Below, piece by piece: positions 31,989-40,880 of a stretch of 46,542 bases of DNA; positions within the stretch are counted from its first letter, which is position 1, and each line of letters opens with the position of its first letter. The DNA lies in the sequence record SRR22947725_558. One strand, given 5' to 3'. Both the position numbers and the translations under genes were made by a program. The notes beneath the pieces are model-generated. The model ran no database searches. It was not told the origin of the DNA and was given only the letters and a program-made list of their open reading frames with translations.

Positions 31989-32071
31989 TTTAAACTTTTG
32001 GCTAATAGTTATCCTAGCCAAAACTTTAAAAGCTTCAGTTGAGGTTAGGGCGCAATAGAATTGCGCCCTAA
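31989..32071 (-). terminator. Two tandem hairpins downstream of bztA
   Basis: Perfect 12-bp TTAGGGCGCAAT-AGA-ATTGCGCCCTAA (32045-32071) and TTTTGGCTA-N10-TAGCCAAAA (31996-32023). Confidence 0.7.
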
Positions 32072-32086
32072 ACTATAAACTAATTT

Positions 32087-33106
32087 TTATCTAAATGGTG
32101 GTGAATAAAGAAGTCCGCCATCTGTCCACTGAGCGTTCAAGCCACGCTCTAGACCAATCTGAGTATTTGGACCCAGGTGGTTTTCAAAGATTTCACCATA
32201 GTTTCCTTCAGCTGCAATAACTCGAACAGCCCAATCAGCATCTAGACCAAGCATTTCGCCCAAATTACCTTCAGTACCCATCATTCTGTTAATTTCAGGG
32301 TTGTTTGTTGGCGCAGCTGCCATTTCCGCTACGTTAGCTTTGGTAATACCAAGCTCTTCAGCTGAAATAAGAGCATTTAAAGTCCAACGAACAATGTCAC
32401 CCCACTGGTTATCACCGTGACGAGTAACTGGTCCGAGTGGCTCTTTAGAAACGATTTCTGGTAAGATCACATGAGCATCAGGGTCTGCAAAAGTAGATCT
32501 TGCAGAAGCTAGACCTGAAGCATCTGTAGTATAGACATCACAAGCTTCTGCTTGATAAAGAGATCTAGACTCTGAACTTTTTTCTGTTGGAACTGGCTCA
32601 TAAGTGATACCATTTACTCTAAAGAAATCAGCAAGGTTTAACTCTGTAGTTGTACCTACTTGGATACAAACTGTTGCTCCATCTAAATCTTTTGCAGATG
32701 TTACACCCAAAGATTTTGGAACCATAAAGCCCTGACCATCATAATAGTTAACACCGTGGAAATCTAGTTTTAGATCAACATCACGTGAAAAAGTCCATGT
32801 TGTTGTTCTTGAAAGTACATCAACTTCACCAGAAGCAAGTGCTGTGAAACGCGTTTTACCTGTTGTTGGTACAAATTCAACAGCCATCGGATCACCGAGA
32901 ACCGCTGCAGCTACCGCACGACAAACAGCTACATCAAACCCTTGATATACGTTGTTAGCATCCGGCAATGAGAATCCTGCAACACCGGTACTAGTTCCAC
33001 AGTTAAGAATTCCTCGAGCTTTAACTTCTTCTAAGGTGCTAGCGCTTAAAGTAGTGGCAGCCATCCCTAACGCCAGTAAAGCGCCCATAAATAGTGATTT
33101 TTTCAT
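32087..33106 (-). CDS. bztA: Amino acid ABC transporter substrate-binding protein (BztA/AapJ)
   Basis: Signal peptide, RFTALASGEVD, NYYDGQGF, GTTTELN, SKEPLGP. Confidence 0.92.
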   Translation of the reverse strand: MKKSLFMGALLALGMAATTLSASTLEEVKARGILNCGTSTGVAGFSLPDANNVYQGFDVAVCRAVAAAVLGDPMAVEFVPTTGKTRFTALASGEVDVLSRTTTWTFSRDVDLKLDFHGVNYYDGQGFMVPKSLGVTSAKDLDGATVCIQVGTTTELNLADFFRVNGITYEPVPTEKSSESRSLYQAEACDVYTTDASGLASARSTFADPDAHVILPEIVSKEPLGPVTRHGDNQWGDIVRWTLNALISAEELGITKANVAEMAAAPTNNPEINRMMGTEGNLGEMLGLDADWAVRVIAAEGNYGEIFENHLGPNTQIGLERGLNAQWTDGGLLYSPPFR

Positions 33107-33332
33107 AATTGTCTCTTCCTATATTTAATGCCCATTCTGGGCTAATTTTTTAGCCCTCCCGAGCCAACTTTTATTTTAAGCAGATACATCCACCAAAGCC
33201 CAACTAAATATAGGTTTTATTTGAAAGGTCAAGAAAATTAGGAAATAATATCAAGGCATGAGAAGATAATAAAATAAAATTTAAACTCCAATCTTTACAT
33301 TTTCTTTAAATCTTAATCAGTTTAGCAATTGA

Positions 33333-34043
33333 TTAAGAAACTTTGTAAAAACTTGCAGCGTGAAAAAAGGCTGTTTTTCTATTAAGTGTTCTTACATTCT
33401 CAACTTCGTCTACTCCCCAGTTTTCCTGTTGCCAGTCTTCGTCTATTTGGCAAGCTGACCAAGCATTATTTAGATCTAAAAAATTTTTGATTACAGCAAG
33501 ACTAATTACCAACGACCCAGATATTGTTACTAAATCATACAGAGCACAAAGCTGAAAAATATTTAAGTTAGAAACTTGTTTCTCAAACTCTAAAATACTT
33601 TGAACCGGCTGCGGTGCATACACAACGCCTTCAAAAACGTTAAGAGGTGAATTCAACTCTGATGCTGACCATGAGACAAGATTTGACCAAATTTTTTCTT
33701 GGCGACGCACAAGCTCTTTAGGTCTATCTGCTCTGTAACAAATGAGATCACTATCTCCATAATCAGTGACTAATTTCCTTATTTCCTCAATTTGTGGAGC
33801 TACTTTATCTATAGCTGAATTGGCAGAGCGAGTATAAGGCATCGTTAATGGGTCTACTTTATCACCCTGACTTTTCCACTCAAGAACTACAAGGTTGGCC
33901 ATCTCCTTAGTTGGCAAAATCAAAGGTTTCTTATTTGGCGTGTTCAATAGTCTCTGATCTAAATAAACTTTATAATGATTGACCTCATCCACACATACAG
34001 TTGATACTTTCTCCCAAAATCTTTTTTTTGGCCATTCAACCAT
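33333..34043 (-). CDS. ATP12 family F1-ATPase assembly chaperone
   Basis: KRFW, TP.KKPL, MPYTRSANSAIDK, DLICYRA, IDEDWQ..WG.D. Confidence 0.9.
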   Translation of the reverse strand: MVEWPKKRFWEKVSTVCVDEVNHYKVYLDQRLLNTPNKKPLILPTKEMANLVVLEWKSQGDKVDPLTMPYTRSANSAIDKVAPQIEEIRKLVTDYGDSDLICYRADRPKELVRRQEKIWSNLVSWSASELNSPLNVFEGVVYAPQPVQSILEFEKQVSNLNIFQLCALYDLVTISGSLVISLAVIKNFLDLNNAWSACQIDEDWQQENWGVDEVENVRTLNRKTAFFHAASFYKVS

Positions 34044-34045
34044 TT

Positions 34046-34714
34046 TTAAATGTCACTCCAAATATTTTTCAGAATACCATCAATTTCATTAGGAAAACTT
34101 ACATAAAAATCTGATCTTGGTATCATAATTTCTGAACTGTGATAACCCCAGGAGACGCCTACTTTATTAAAATTAGCCGCCTCTCCCATATCCATATCAT
34201 ACGAAGTATCACCAATTATAACAGCGTTTTCAGAAAGTAACCCTGTTTCATCAAGAGCTGAGTAAAGCATTGACGGGTGAGGTTTTGAAGGATGATTATC
34301 AGCTGTTTGTATAGTCGAAAAGTAGTGGCCAAGTGAATGTGATTCGATAATATGATCTAACCCCCTACGCCCTTTTCCTGTCGCAATGCCCAATAAATAC
34401 TTTTCAGAAACTGACAATCTATCCAAAAGTCCCCTAATACCGTGAAATAGTGGTGATGGTTCATATTCTGAGCTTTCCCGAAGAAGCATAAAACACTCAA
34501 CGTACGAATCAACTATCTTTTTATGAAGAATTTCAGAACCTTCAGGCACCATTTTTTGGAGAGCTTCAGTAAGAGATAAGCCTATTATGGACCTAACCTG
34601 ACTTTTCTTTGGAATGGGCAAGCCATGCCTTTCAAAAGCCAAGCCCATCGCATTAGAAATGTGTGCCTGACTATCAACTAATGTCCCATCAACATCAAAC
34701 ACTACTAACTTCAT
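34046..34714 (-). CDS. HAD-IA family hydrolase (phosphoglycolate phosphatase-like)
   Basis: FDVDGTLVDS, SKPHP, IGDTSYD; ATG 34714 overlaps the rluC stop (TAATG). Confidence 0.9.
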   Translation of the reverse strand: MKLVVFDVDGTLVDSQAHISNAMGLAFERHGLPIPKKSQVRSIIGLSLTEALQKMVPEGSEILHKKIVDSYVECFMLLRESSEYEPSPLFHGIRGLLDRLSVSEKYLLGIATGKGRRGLDHIIESHSLGHYFSTIQTADNHPSKPHPSMLYSALDETGLLSENAVIIGDTSYDMDMGEAANFNKVGVSWGYHSSEIMIPRSDFYVSFPNEIDGILKNIWSDI

Positions 34715-35769
34715 TATTGCCATTCTTCGTTAACATCAAAAGGGTCGAAAGGCACATCAGACTCTGACCACCCAAAATAATTCCATGTTTTTAACATATG
34801 CTCTGGCAACGGTGCAGAAAAAACTAAATCTAACCCTGTAACTGGGTGTTGAATTGTAAGAGATCGTGCGTGAAGATGCATTTTTTTACTAATATCATCC
34901 CCTAAACCGGACCCCCAACCGTCACCATAATTATCCTGGCCGGACCCTCCATACTTCCCATCTCCAACTATTGGGTGCCCAAGCTCTGACATATGAGCTC
35001 TAAGCTGGTGGGTTCGTCCGGTTACTGGAATCAAAGCCATCCAGGACGCTCTTTGTGCTAAGAAACATAGTGTTGCATAATCAGTGTGCGCTCTTTTAGC
35101 TCCAAAGGTCGAGTTAATATCATCAGGGTGAACACAGTACATTTTTTCACCTGCTCCATCATTAGTATGCCCTTTCTTCTTAACCAAACCAAACTTTATT
35201 GAACCTATTTTTGGATATGGCACCCCAGCAACTAACGCCCAATAAATCTTTCTAGTGTTTTGATGTCTAAATGCTTTTGTTAATTCACTCGCCATTGCTT
35301 GAGTTCTTGCTAGTAATAGGACCCCTGAGGTGTCCTTATCCAAACGATGCACCAATCTCGGGGCCTCTTCACGTTCAAAGGTTAATGCTCCTGTCATCCC
35401 ATCAACATGACGAGTTTGCTTACTACCACCCTGCACAGCTAAGCCAGCGGGTTTATTTAAAACTAGCAAATAATCATCTTTGTATATTACACAGTTTCTA
35501 ATCATTTCTGCATCAGATCTAGTAATATTTTTTTGATCAGAAAATTGTTTTATCTCGTCAAAAGAAGGAAGAGGTGGGATGCGGATGATTTGTCCCGGAG
35601 ACACACGTGTGCTTGACTTAACACGACCACCATTTACACGAATTTCACCTTTTCGACACATTTTTTCAATATTACTTTGATTTATGTGGGCAAACTTTCT
35701 ACGAAACCACCGATCGAGTCGCTGCTCAGCTTCGTCATCTCCAACTGTTATTTTTTGAATTGTACTCAT
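34714..35769 (-). CDS. rluC: RluA-family 23S rRNA pseudouridine synthase with S4 domain
   Basis: QRLDRW, NKPAGL, HRLDKDTSG, TGRTHQLRAH; start probably ATG 35769. Confidence 0.88.
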   Translation of the reverse strand: MSTIQKITVGDDEAEQRLDRWFRRKFAHINQSNIEKMCRKGEIRVNGGRVKSSTRVSPGQIIRIPPLPSFDEIKQFSDQKNITRSDAEMIRNCVIYKDDYLLVLNKPAGLAVQGGSKQTRHVDGMTGALTFEREEAPRLVHRLDKDTSGVLLLARTQAMASELTKAFRHQNTRKIYWALVAGVPYPKIGSIKFGLVKKKGHTNDGAGEKMYCVHPDDINSTFGAKRAHTDYATLCFLAQRASWMALIPVTGRTHQLRAHMSELGHPIVGDGKYGGSGQDNYGDGWGSGLGDDISKKMHLHARSLTIQHPVTGLDLVFSAPLPEHMLKTWNYFGWSESDVPFDPFDVNEEWQ

Positions 35770-36143
35770 ATTATTAAATAACGTCCCAACCAAATACCTC
35801 CAAAAAGAGCCATTATAGAAAATAAAACAGATATAGTGACATATAACATCAACCCCACAATATTGCCCTGTTCATAAAGCATATACGTGTCCAATGAAAA
35901 CGCTGAGAAAGTTGTAAAACCACCCAACAGACCAACCATTAAAAAAGGATATAGGTTCAACCAATTTCTTTCATCTAGCGCTACAACTAAAAAGCCCATA
36001 ATGAAAGAGCCAAGGATATTTATGAAAATGGTTCCAACTGGAAAGCCTGCACCTAAGATACGTGCAGCACTTATCACTGTTGCGTACCGCAATGTTGCTC
36101 CTAGAGCTCCACCCAATGCTACCTGAAAAAATGTAAAAGTCAT
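35766..36143 (-). CDS. crcB: Fluoride efflux channel Fluc
   Basis: GGALGATLRY, GTIFINILGSF, GLLGGFTTFSAF. Confidence 0.95.
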   Translation of the reverse strand: MTFTFFQVALGGALGATLRYATVISAARILGAGFPVGTIFINILGSFIMGFLVVALDERNWLNLYPFLMVGLLGGFTTFSAFSLDTYMLYEQGNIVGLMLYVTISVLFSIMALFGGIWLGRYLII

Positions 36144-36174
36144 AACCAACCTGTCTGCGCTAAAATACCTGATG

Positions 36175-37485
36175 TCAAGATTCTCTAGATTTTCTCAACG
36201 ACTTAAAGTATTCCAGCTTTGCTCTTAAATCTTTTTCAGCCCCCTGATCGCTGGGGTTGTAATATTCACGATCTTTAATCAAGTTAGGGAAGTAATCCTG
36301 TCCAGAGAAACTATTTTCATAATCATGGTCGTACTTGTACCCCTCCCCGTAACCTTGCTCTTTCATCAGCATAGTAGGGGCGTTGAGAATATGTTCTGGC
36401 GGAGACTGTGAACCATTATCAATTGCAGCTGAATTAGAATTCTTAAAGGCCGTGTATACAGCATTTGATTTAACAGCTAGCGCCAGGTAAATTGTTACCT
36501 CTGCCAATGCTAAGTCTCCTTCGGGACTTCCCAGCCTCTCATAAACGTTCCAGGATTCTAGACACATGCGTTTGGCGTTTTCATCTGCTAACCCAATATC
36601 CTCCAAGGCAATTCTTGTAAGCCTACGAAATAAATAATTCGGGTCTTCTCCACTATCCATCATTCTTGAAAGCCAGTAAAGTGCCGCATCAGGGTCCGAC
36701 CCCCTTATAGATTTATGTAAAGCAGAAATTAAATTAAAATGCTCCTCTCCAGTTCTGTTAAAATTAGGCATGCGCTTGGAGAGCCTTTCAGTCAAACTCT
36801 CACGATCTAATTGTGTGTCTAAATTCCAGCTAAAAATCTGTTCAATCATATTAATTAGTGAGCGTGCATCACCATCAGCAAGGTCTATAAGGGCATTCTT
36901 TGCATCCAGAGACAACAAAAGTGTATTATTCATTTTTATTTGAATATTAGTCAAAATTTGTTCTAAGTCTTGAACAGACAAGCGATCTAATACTAAAACC
37001 TGACATCGTGACAGGAGAGCAGAATTTAAAGAAAATGAAGGGTTTTCAGTTGTCGCTCCCACAAGTACTATTGTTCCATCCTCTATGTAGGGTAGAAAAG
37101 CATCCTGCTGAGATTTATTAAATCTGTGAATTTCATCTACAAACAATAGAGTTGATTTACCATTTTTTTTCCTAATTTTTGCACTATCAAAAATATTTCT
37201 TAATTCCTTAACACCAGAAAAAATTGCACTAAGCTGCTCAAAATGTATTTCAAATGAGGTTGATAATAAACGTGCAATCGTCGTTTTACCTACTCCAGGA
37301 GGCCCCCATAGAATAAATGAACTCAAAGAGCCCCTACTTATCATTAGGCTTAAAGTAGTATTTGGTCCTAATAAGCGTTCTTGGCCGACAACAAAATCAA
37401 AACTAGTTGGTCTCATCAAGTCAGCTAAAGGTCGTTTAACTGACACCAATATCTCAGGCTGCGCTTGGTTAAATAAATCAGACAT
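36175..37485 (-). CDS. rarA: Replication-associated recombination protein A
   Basis: RPLADLMRP, GPPGVGKTT, DEIHRF, ISALHKSIRGSD. Confidence 0.96.
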   Translation of the reverse strand: MSDLFNQAQPEILVSVKRPLADLMRPTSFDFVVGQERLLGPNTTLSLMISRGSLSSFILWGPPGVGKTTIARLLSTSFEIHFEQLSAIFSGVKELRNIFDSAKIRKKNGKSTLLFVDEIHRFNKSQQDAFLPYIEDGTIVLVGATTENPSFSLNSALLSRCQVLVLDRLSVQDLEQILTNIQIKMNNTLLLSLDAKNALIDLADGDARSLINMIEQIFSWNLDTQLDRESLTERLSKRMPNFNRTGEEHFNLISALHKSIRGSDPDAALYWLSRMMDSGEDPNYLFRRLTRIALEDIGLADENAKRMCLESWNVYERLGSPEGDLALAEVTIYLALAVKSNAVYTAFKNSNSAAIDNGSQSPPEHILNAPTMLMKEQGYGEGYKYDHDYENSFSGQDYFPNLIKDREYYNPSDQGAEKDLRAKLEYFKSLRKSRES

Positions 37486-37571
37486 TATATATAATTCTTA
37501 TAAAAGTTTTTATTTAGCTTAGCTAAACACAAGCTAATAGGAAACAAAATAATATAACCCCTGAAAAGAGC

Positions 37572-37600
37572 AAAAAAAAAGCCCACGAAGCCGCGGGCTC
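37572..37600 (-). terminator. Intrinsic terminator of the alpha operon
   Basis: Minus strand AGCCCGCG-GCTT-CGTGGGCT followed by a T run, just after the rplQ stop. Confidence 0.85.
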
Positions 37601-37623
37601 TTTGGTTTTATTAACTTACTTAA

Positions 37624-38043
37624 CTACTCCTCAGTAGTTTCTTCCTTGATCGCCTTTTCTTTGTCAACTAACCCCTTTGCACTTGGATCTCTATCAACTA
37701 GCTCTATGATCGCCATTGGCGCCATATCACCATATCTAAATCCCGCTTTTAGTACTCTGGCATATCCACCTTGACGATCTTTGTATCTTGGCCCAAGAAT
37801 ATCAAAAAGTTTAGCAACATAAGCGTCTTGCTTCAACTTAGAAGCGGCAAGCCTTCGAGCATGTAGGTCACCTCTTTTAGCTAAAGTAATCATCTTTTCT
37901 ATGATTGGCCTTAATTCTTTTGCCTTAGGTAAGGTAGTTTTAATTTGTTCGTGCTCTATTAGTGAACCGGCCATATTACTAAAAAGTGCCTTACGGTGTT
38001 CGTGTGTTCTATTTAACCGGCGATAGCCTCTTGCGTGACGCAT
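37624..38043 (-). CDS. rplQ: 50S ribosomal protein L17
   Basis: [30 protein letters not shown]. Confidence 0.98.
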   Translation of the reverse strand: MRHARGYRRLNRTHEHRKALFSNMAGSLIEHEQIKTTLPKAKELRPIIEKMITLAKRGDLHARRLAASKLKQDAYVAKLFDILGPRYKDRQGGYARVLKAGFRYGDMAPMAIIELVDRDPSAKGLVDKEKAIKEETTEE

Positions 38044-38065
38044 AATCTTATTCCTTATGTTTATA

Positions 38066-38143
38066 CTTTGTCTGGCGCCGCCGATGCGTGTCGGAGCGCT
38101 CTCCTTGGGGTGTTATTACCCAGTAATTCTCCACACTTGTGGA
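38066..38143 (-). promoter_or_regulatory. GC-rich structured leader upstream of rplQ (candidate L17 r-leader)
   Basis: Three consecutive hairpins in the rpoA-rplQ spacer. Confidence 0.5.
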
Positions 38144-38155
38144 CATTTTTTAAAC

Positions 38156-39172
38156 TTAAAAGTGATCTTCAAATCTCTTAGCAAGCTCCTCAATATTTTC
38201 TGGAGGCCAATCAACAATATCCATACCCAAGTGATGGCCCATACTAGATAAAACTTCTTTAATTTCATTAAGCGATTTTCGACCAAAGTTTGGTGTTCTT
38301 AGCATCTCAGCCTCAGTTTTTTGAATCAAATCTCCTATATAGACTATATTGTCATTTTTTAGGCAATTTGCTGATCTCACAGACAACTCCAACTCATCCA
38401 CTTTTTTCAGTAGTAGTGGGTTGAATTCTAATTCGTCTTCATCATTTTGAGTACTTTCACTCTCTGGTTCATCAAAATTTACGAATATAGATAATTGATC
38501 TTGTAATATTCTGGCCGCGAAAGCGACAGCATCGTCTGCAGTAATCGAGCCATCTGTCTCGACTTTTAAAGTGAGTTTATCATAATCGAGAACTTGACCC
38601 TCACGAGTTGGTTGAACATCATAACTAACCTTCCTGACTGGAGAAAAAATAGCATCAATCGGAATCAACCCTATTGGAGCGTCATCAGGACGATTCTCTT
38701 CGGCTGAAACATAACCTTTTCCATTATTTAATGTTAATTCCATTGAAAGCGCTGCTCCATCATCAAGATGACAAATAACATGCTCCTTATTTAAGATTTC
38801 GATCCCAGCACTCTCAGAAATATCAGCGGCAGTAACCACACCTGGTCCCTTTGCAGTTACTGTGAGCCTTTTTGGACCCTCAACTTCCATACAAATTGCT
38901 ACGCCTTTTAGGTTCAAAACAATATCTGTCACATCTTCTCTTACACCTGAGATCGAAGAGAATTCATGTAACACATTATCTATTTGAACAGCTGTTATCG
39001 CAGTACCCTGCAAACTACTCATTAAAACGCGCCTTAAGGCATTTCCCAGAGTCAAACCAAAACCTCGTTCTAACGGTTCGGCTACTACGGTAGCTTTATT
39101 ACCTGGTTCACTACCTGCTATTACATCTAGCTGACTTGGTTTAATTAACTCTAACCAGTTCTTGTGGATCAT
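38156..39172 (-). CDS. rpoA: RNA polymerase subunit alpha
   Basis: [35 protein letters not shown]. Confidence 0.98.
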   Translation of the reverse strand: MIHKNWLELIKPSQLDVIAGSEPGNKATVVAEPLERGFGLTLGNALRRVLMSSLQGTAITAVQIDNVLHEFSSISGVREDVTDIVLNLKGVAICMEVEGPKRLTVTAKGPGVVTAADISESAGIEILNKEHVICHLDDGAALSMELTLNNGKGYVSAEENRPDDAPIGLIPIDAIFSPVRKVSYDVQPTREGQVLDYDKLTLKVETDGSITADDAVAFAARILQDQLSIFVNFDEPESESTQNDEDELEFNPLLLKKVDELELSVRSANCLKNDNIVYIGDLIQKTEAEMLRTPNFGRKSLNEIKEVLSSMGHHLGMDIVDWPPENIEELAKRFEDHF

Positions 39173-39279
39173 ATTATTTCCTCCATACTAGTCCTTGTTC
39201 CATGTCCAAAAACAAAGACACCCGAGGTTAAATTGGATTACTCATAATATTTTCGGGGAAAATACCGAGTCTTTAATGA

Positions 39280-39669
39280 TTAAACGCGTCGTCGTTTAGG
39301 CGGTCGACAACCATTGTGGGCCATTGGTGTTACGTCACGAATAGATGATATCTGAAACCCCAACGTGGCTAATGCCCTTAAGGCACTCTCTCTGCCAGAT
39401 CCAGGTCCTTGAACTTCAACTTCAAGACTTTTTACCCCATGTTCCTGTGCTTTTTGTCCTACATCTTCTGCTGCCATTTGAGCCGCATAAGGGGTAGACT
39501 TTCTTGAGCCTTTAAATCCCATTGTCCCCGCTGACGACCAAGCAATTGCATTACCTTGAACATCAGAGATTAGAATCTTAGTGTTATTGAATGAGGAGTT
39601 TACATGAGCAACTCCAGCCGCAATATTCTTTCGAGCCTTCTTTTTAGCCCTTACTTTATCTCTTGCCAT
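39280..39669 (-). CDS. rpsK: 30S ribosomal protein S11
   Basis: [25 protein letters not shown]. Confidence 0.98.
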   Translation of the reverse strand: MARDKVRAKKKARKNIAAGVAHVNSSFNNTKILISDVQGNAIAWSSAGTMGFKGSRKSTPYAAQMAAEDVGQKAQEHGVKSLEVEVQGPGSGRESALRALATLGFQISSIRDVTPMAHNGCRPPKRRRV

Positions 39670-39680
39670 TTTCTGGTCCC

Positions 39681-40049
39681 CTACTTCTTCTTACCTGCTA
39701 TAGCTCTTGCTGGTCCTTTGCGGGTACGAGCATTCGTATGAGTTCTTTGGCCTCGAACAGGAAGGTTTCTTCTGTGTCTAAGACCACGATAACAACCAGA
39801 ATCCATTAATCGTTTAACATTTATTTGTATACCACGCCGCAAATCTCCCTCTACTTCGAAGTTTGCATCAATGTATTCTCTTATTTTTAGGACTTCACTA
39901 TCTGTCAGCTCATTCATTCGCCTTGAAGCCTCTATCCCAACCGCGTCACATATGGTTCTTGCGGATGTATTTCCTATGCCTGTTATATAGGTCAAAGAAA
40001 TAGGTACTCGTTTGCCATCAGGCAAATTTACGCCAGCTATTCGTGCCAA
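39681..40049 (-). CDS. rpsM: 30S ribosomal protein S13
   Basis: ARIAGVNLP...[14 protein letters not shown]; start is TTG at 40049 behind GGAAAGG (122 aa). Confidence 0.97.
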   Translation of the reverse strand: MARIAGVNLPDGKRVPISLTYITGIGNTSARTICDAVGIEASRRMNELTDSEVLKIREYIDANFEVEGDLRRGIQINVKRLMDSGCYRGLRHRRNLPVRGQRTHTNARTRKGPARAIAGKKK

Positions 40050-40193
40050 TTTGGTTTTCCTTTCCTGTCGCGATTCCGTAACACCAGAATCTTTTCTCAC
40101 AACTATCTTTCAACCCTTTCAAGGATCGAAAGCTTCTTAGACTTCAATAAGTAATATTTTACACTTCATAAACCTATTTAGCCTAGAGTTGGG

Positions 40194-40222
40194 TGAGTAG
40201 GGTTTTTTTTCTATATCGTCAA
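40194..40222 (-). promoter_or_regulatory. Putative alpha-operon promoter (TTGACG-N17-TACTCA)
   Basis: In the adk-rpsM spacer with correct spacing. Confidence 0.45.
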
Positions 40223-40235
40223 GCGCAGTTTTAAG

Positions 40236-40880
40236 TTATTTCAATAAAATTTTATTGATTGCAGAATTGATTACTTCGATATCTGCTAATCCATCAACAG
40301 AATAGAGAATTCCCTTATTTAAATAGTACTCTATTAATGGAGCAGTCTTATTATTATACTCATCTAACCTCGTCCGTAGACTTTCTTCATTATCATCAAC
40401 TCTCTTTTTTAGTTTAGCAGCACCGCATTTAATACAGACACTGGTACTCAAAAGTGGTTTTGACCTTTCATGATAAACTTCGCCACATTCGCCACAACTA
40501 TAACGCCCAGTAATTCTATCTACGAGCGCCTCGTTATCTACCTTCATTTCAATTACAGCTGTGATACTGGTATCATGAATATCAAGAAGTTTGTCCAATG
40601 CACTTGCTTGACCAATTGTTCTAGGGAACCCGTCAAATATAAAGCCCCTTGCATGAGTTTTAGATAGACGTTCTTTTATTAGAGAAATTACAATATCATC
40701 AGAAACAAGCTCACCAGGATTCATTATGGATGCAACTTTCTTGCCGATTTCAGTATTAGAGCTTTGGGACTCTCGAAGCATATCACCAGTTGATAGTTGA
40801 ACAAGATCAAACTCCGCAACCAGCTTGCGTGCTTGAGTTCCTTTACCAGCTCCCGGTGCTCCAAGAAAGATAATATTCAT
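40236..40880 (-). CDS. adk: Adenylate kinase with a Cys4 metal-binding lid
   Basis: GAPGAGKGTQ, STGDMLR, DGFPRT, CGEC-N16-CIKC. Confidence 0.97.
   Translation of the reverse strand: MNIIFLGAPGAGKGTQARKLVAEFDLVQLSTGDMLRESQSSNTEIGKKVASIMNPGELVSDDIVISLIKERLSKTHARGFIFDGFPRTIGQASALDKLLDIHDTSITAVIEMKVDNEALVDRITGRYSCGECGEVYHERSKPLLSTSVCIKCGAAKLKKRVDDNEESLRTRLDEYNNKTAPLIEYYLNKGILYSVDGLADIEVINSAINKILLK

Noticed and set aside
39173..39279. Absence of rpsD between rpsK and rpoA, and of rpmJ/infA after secY-adk
   Set aside because: Normal arrangement for Alphaproteobacteria
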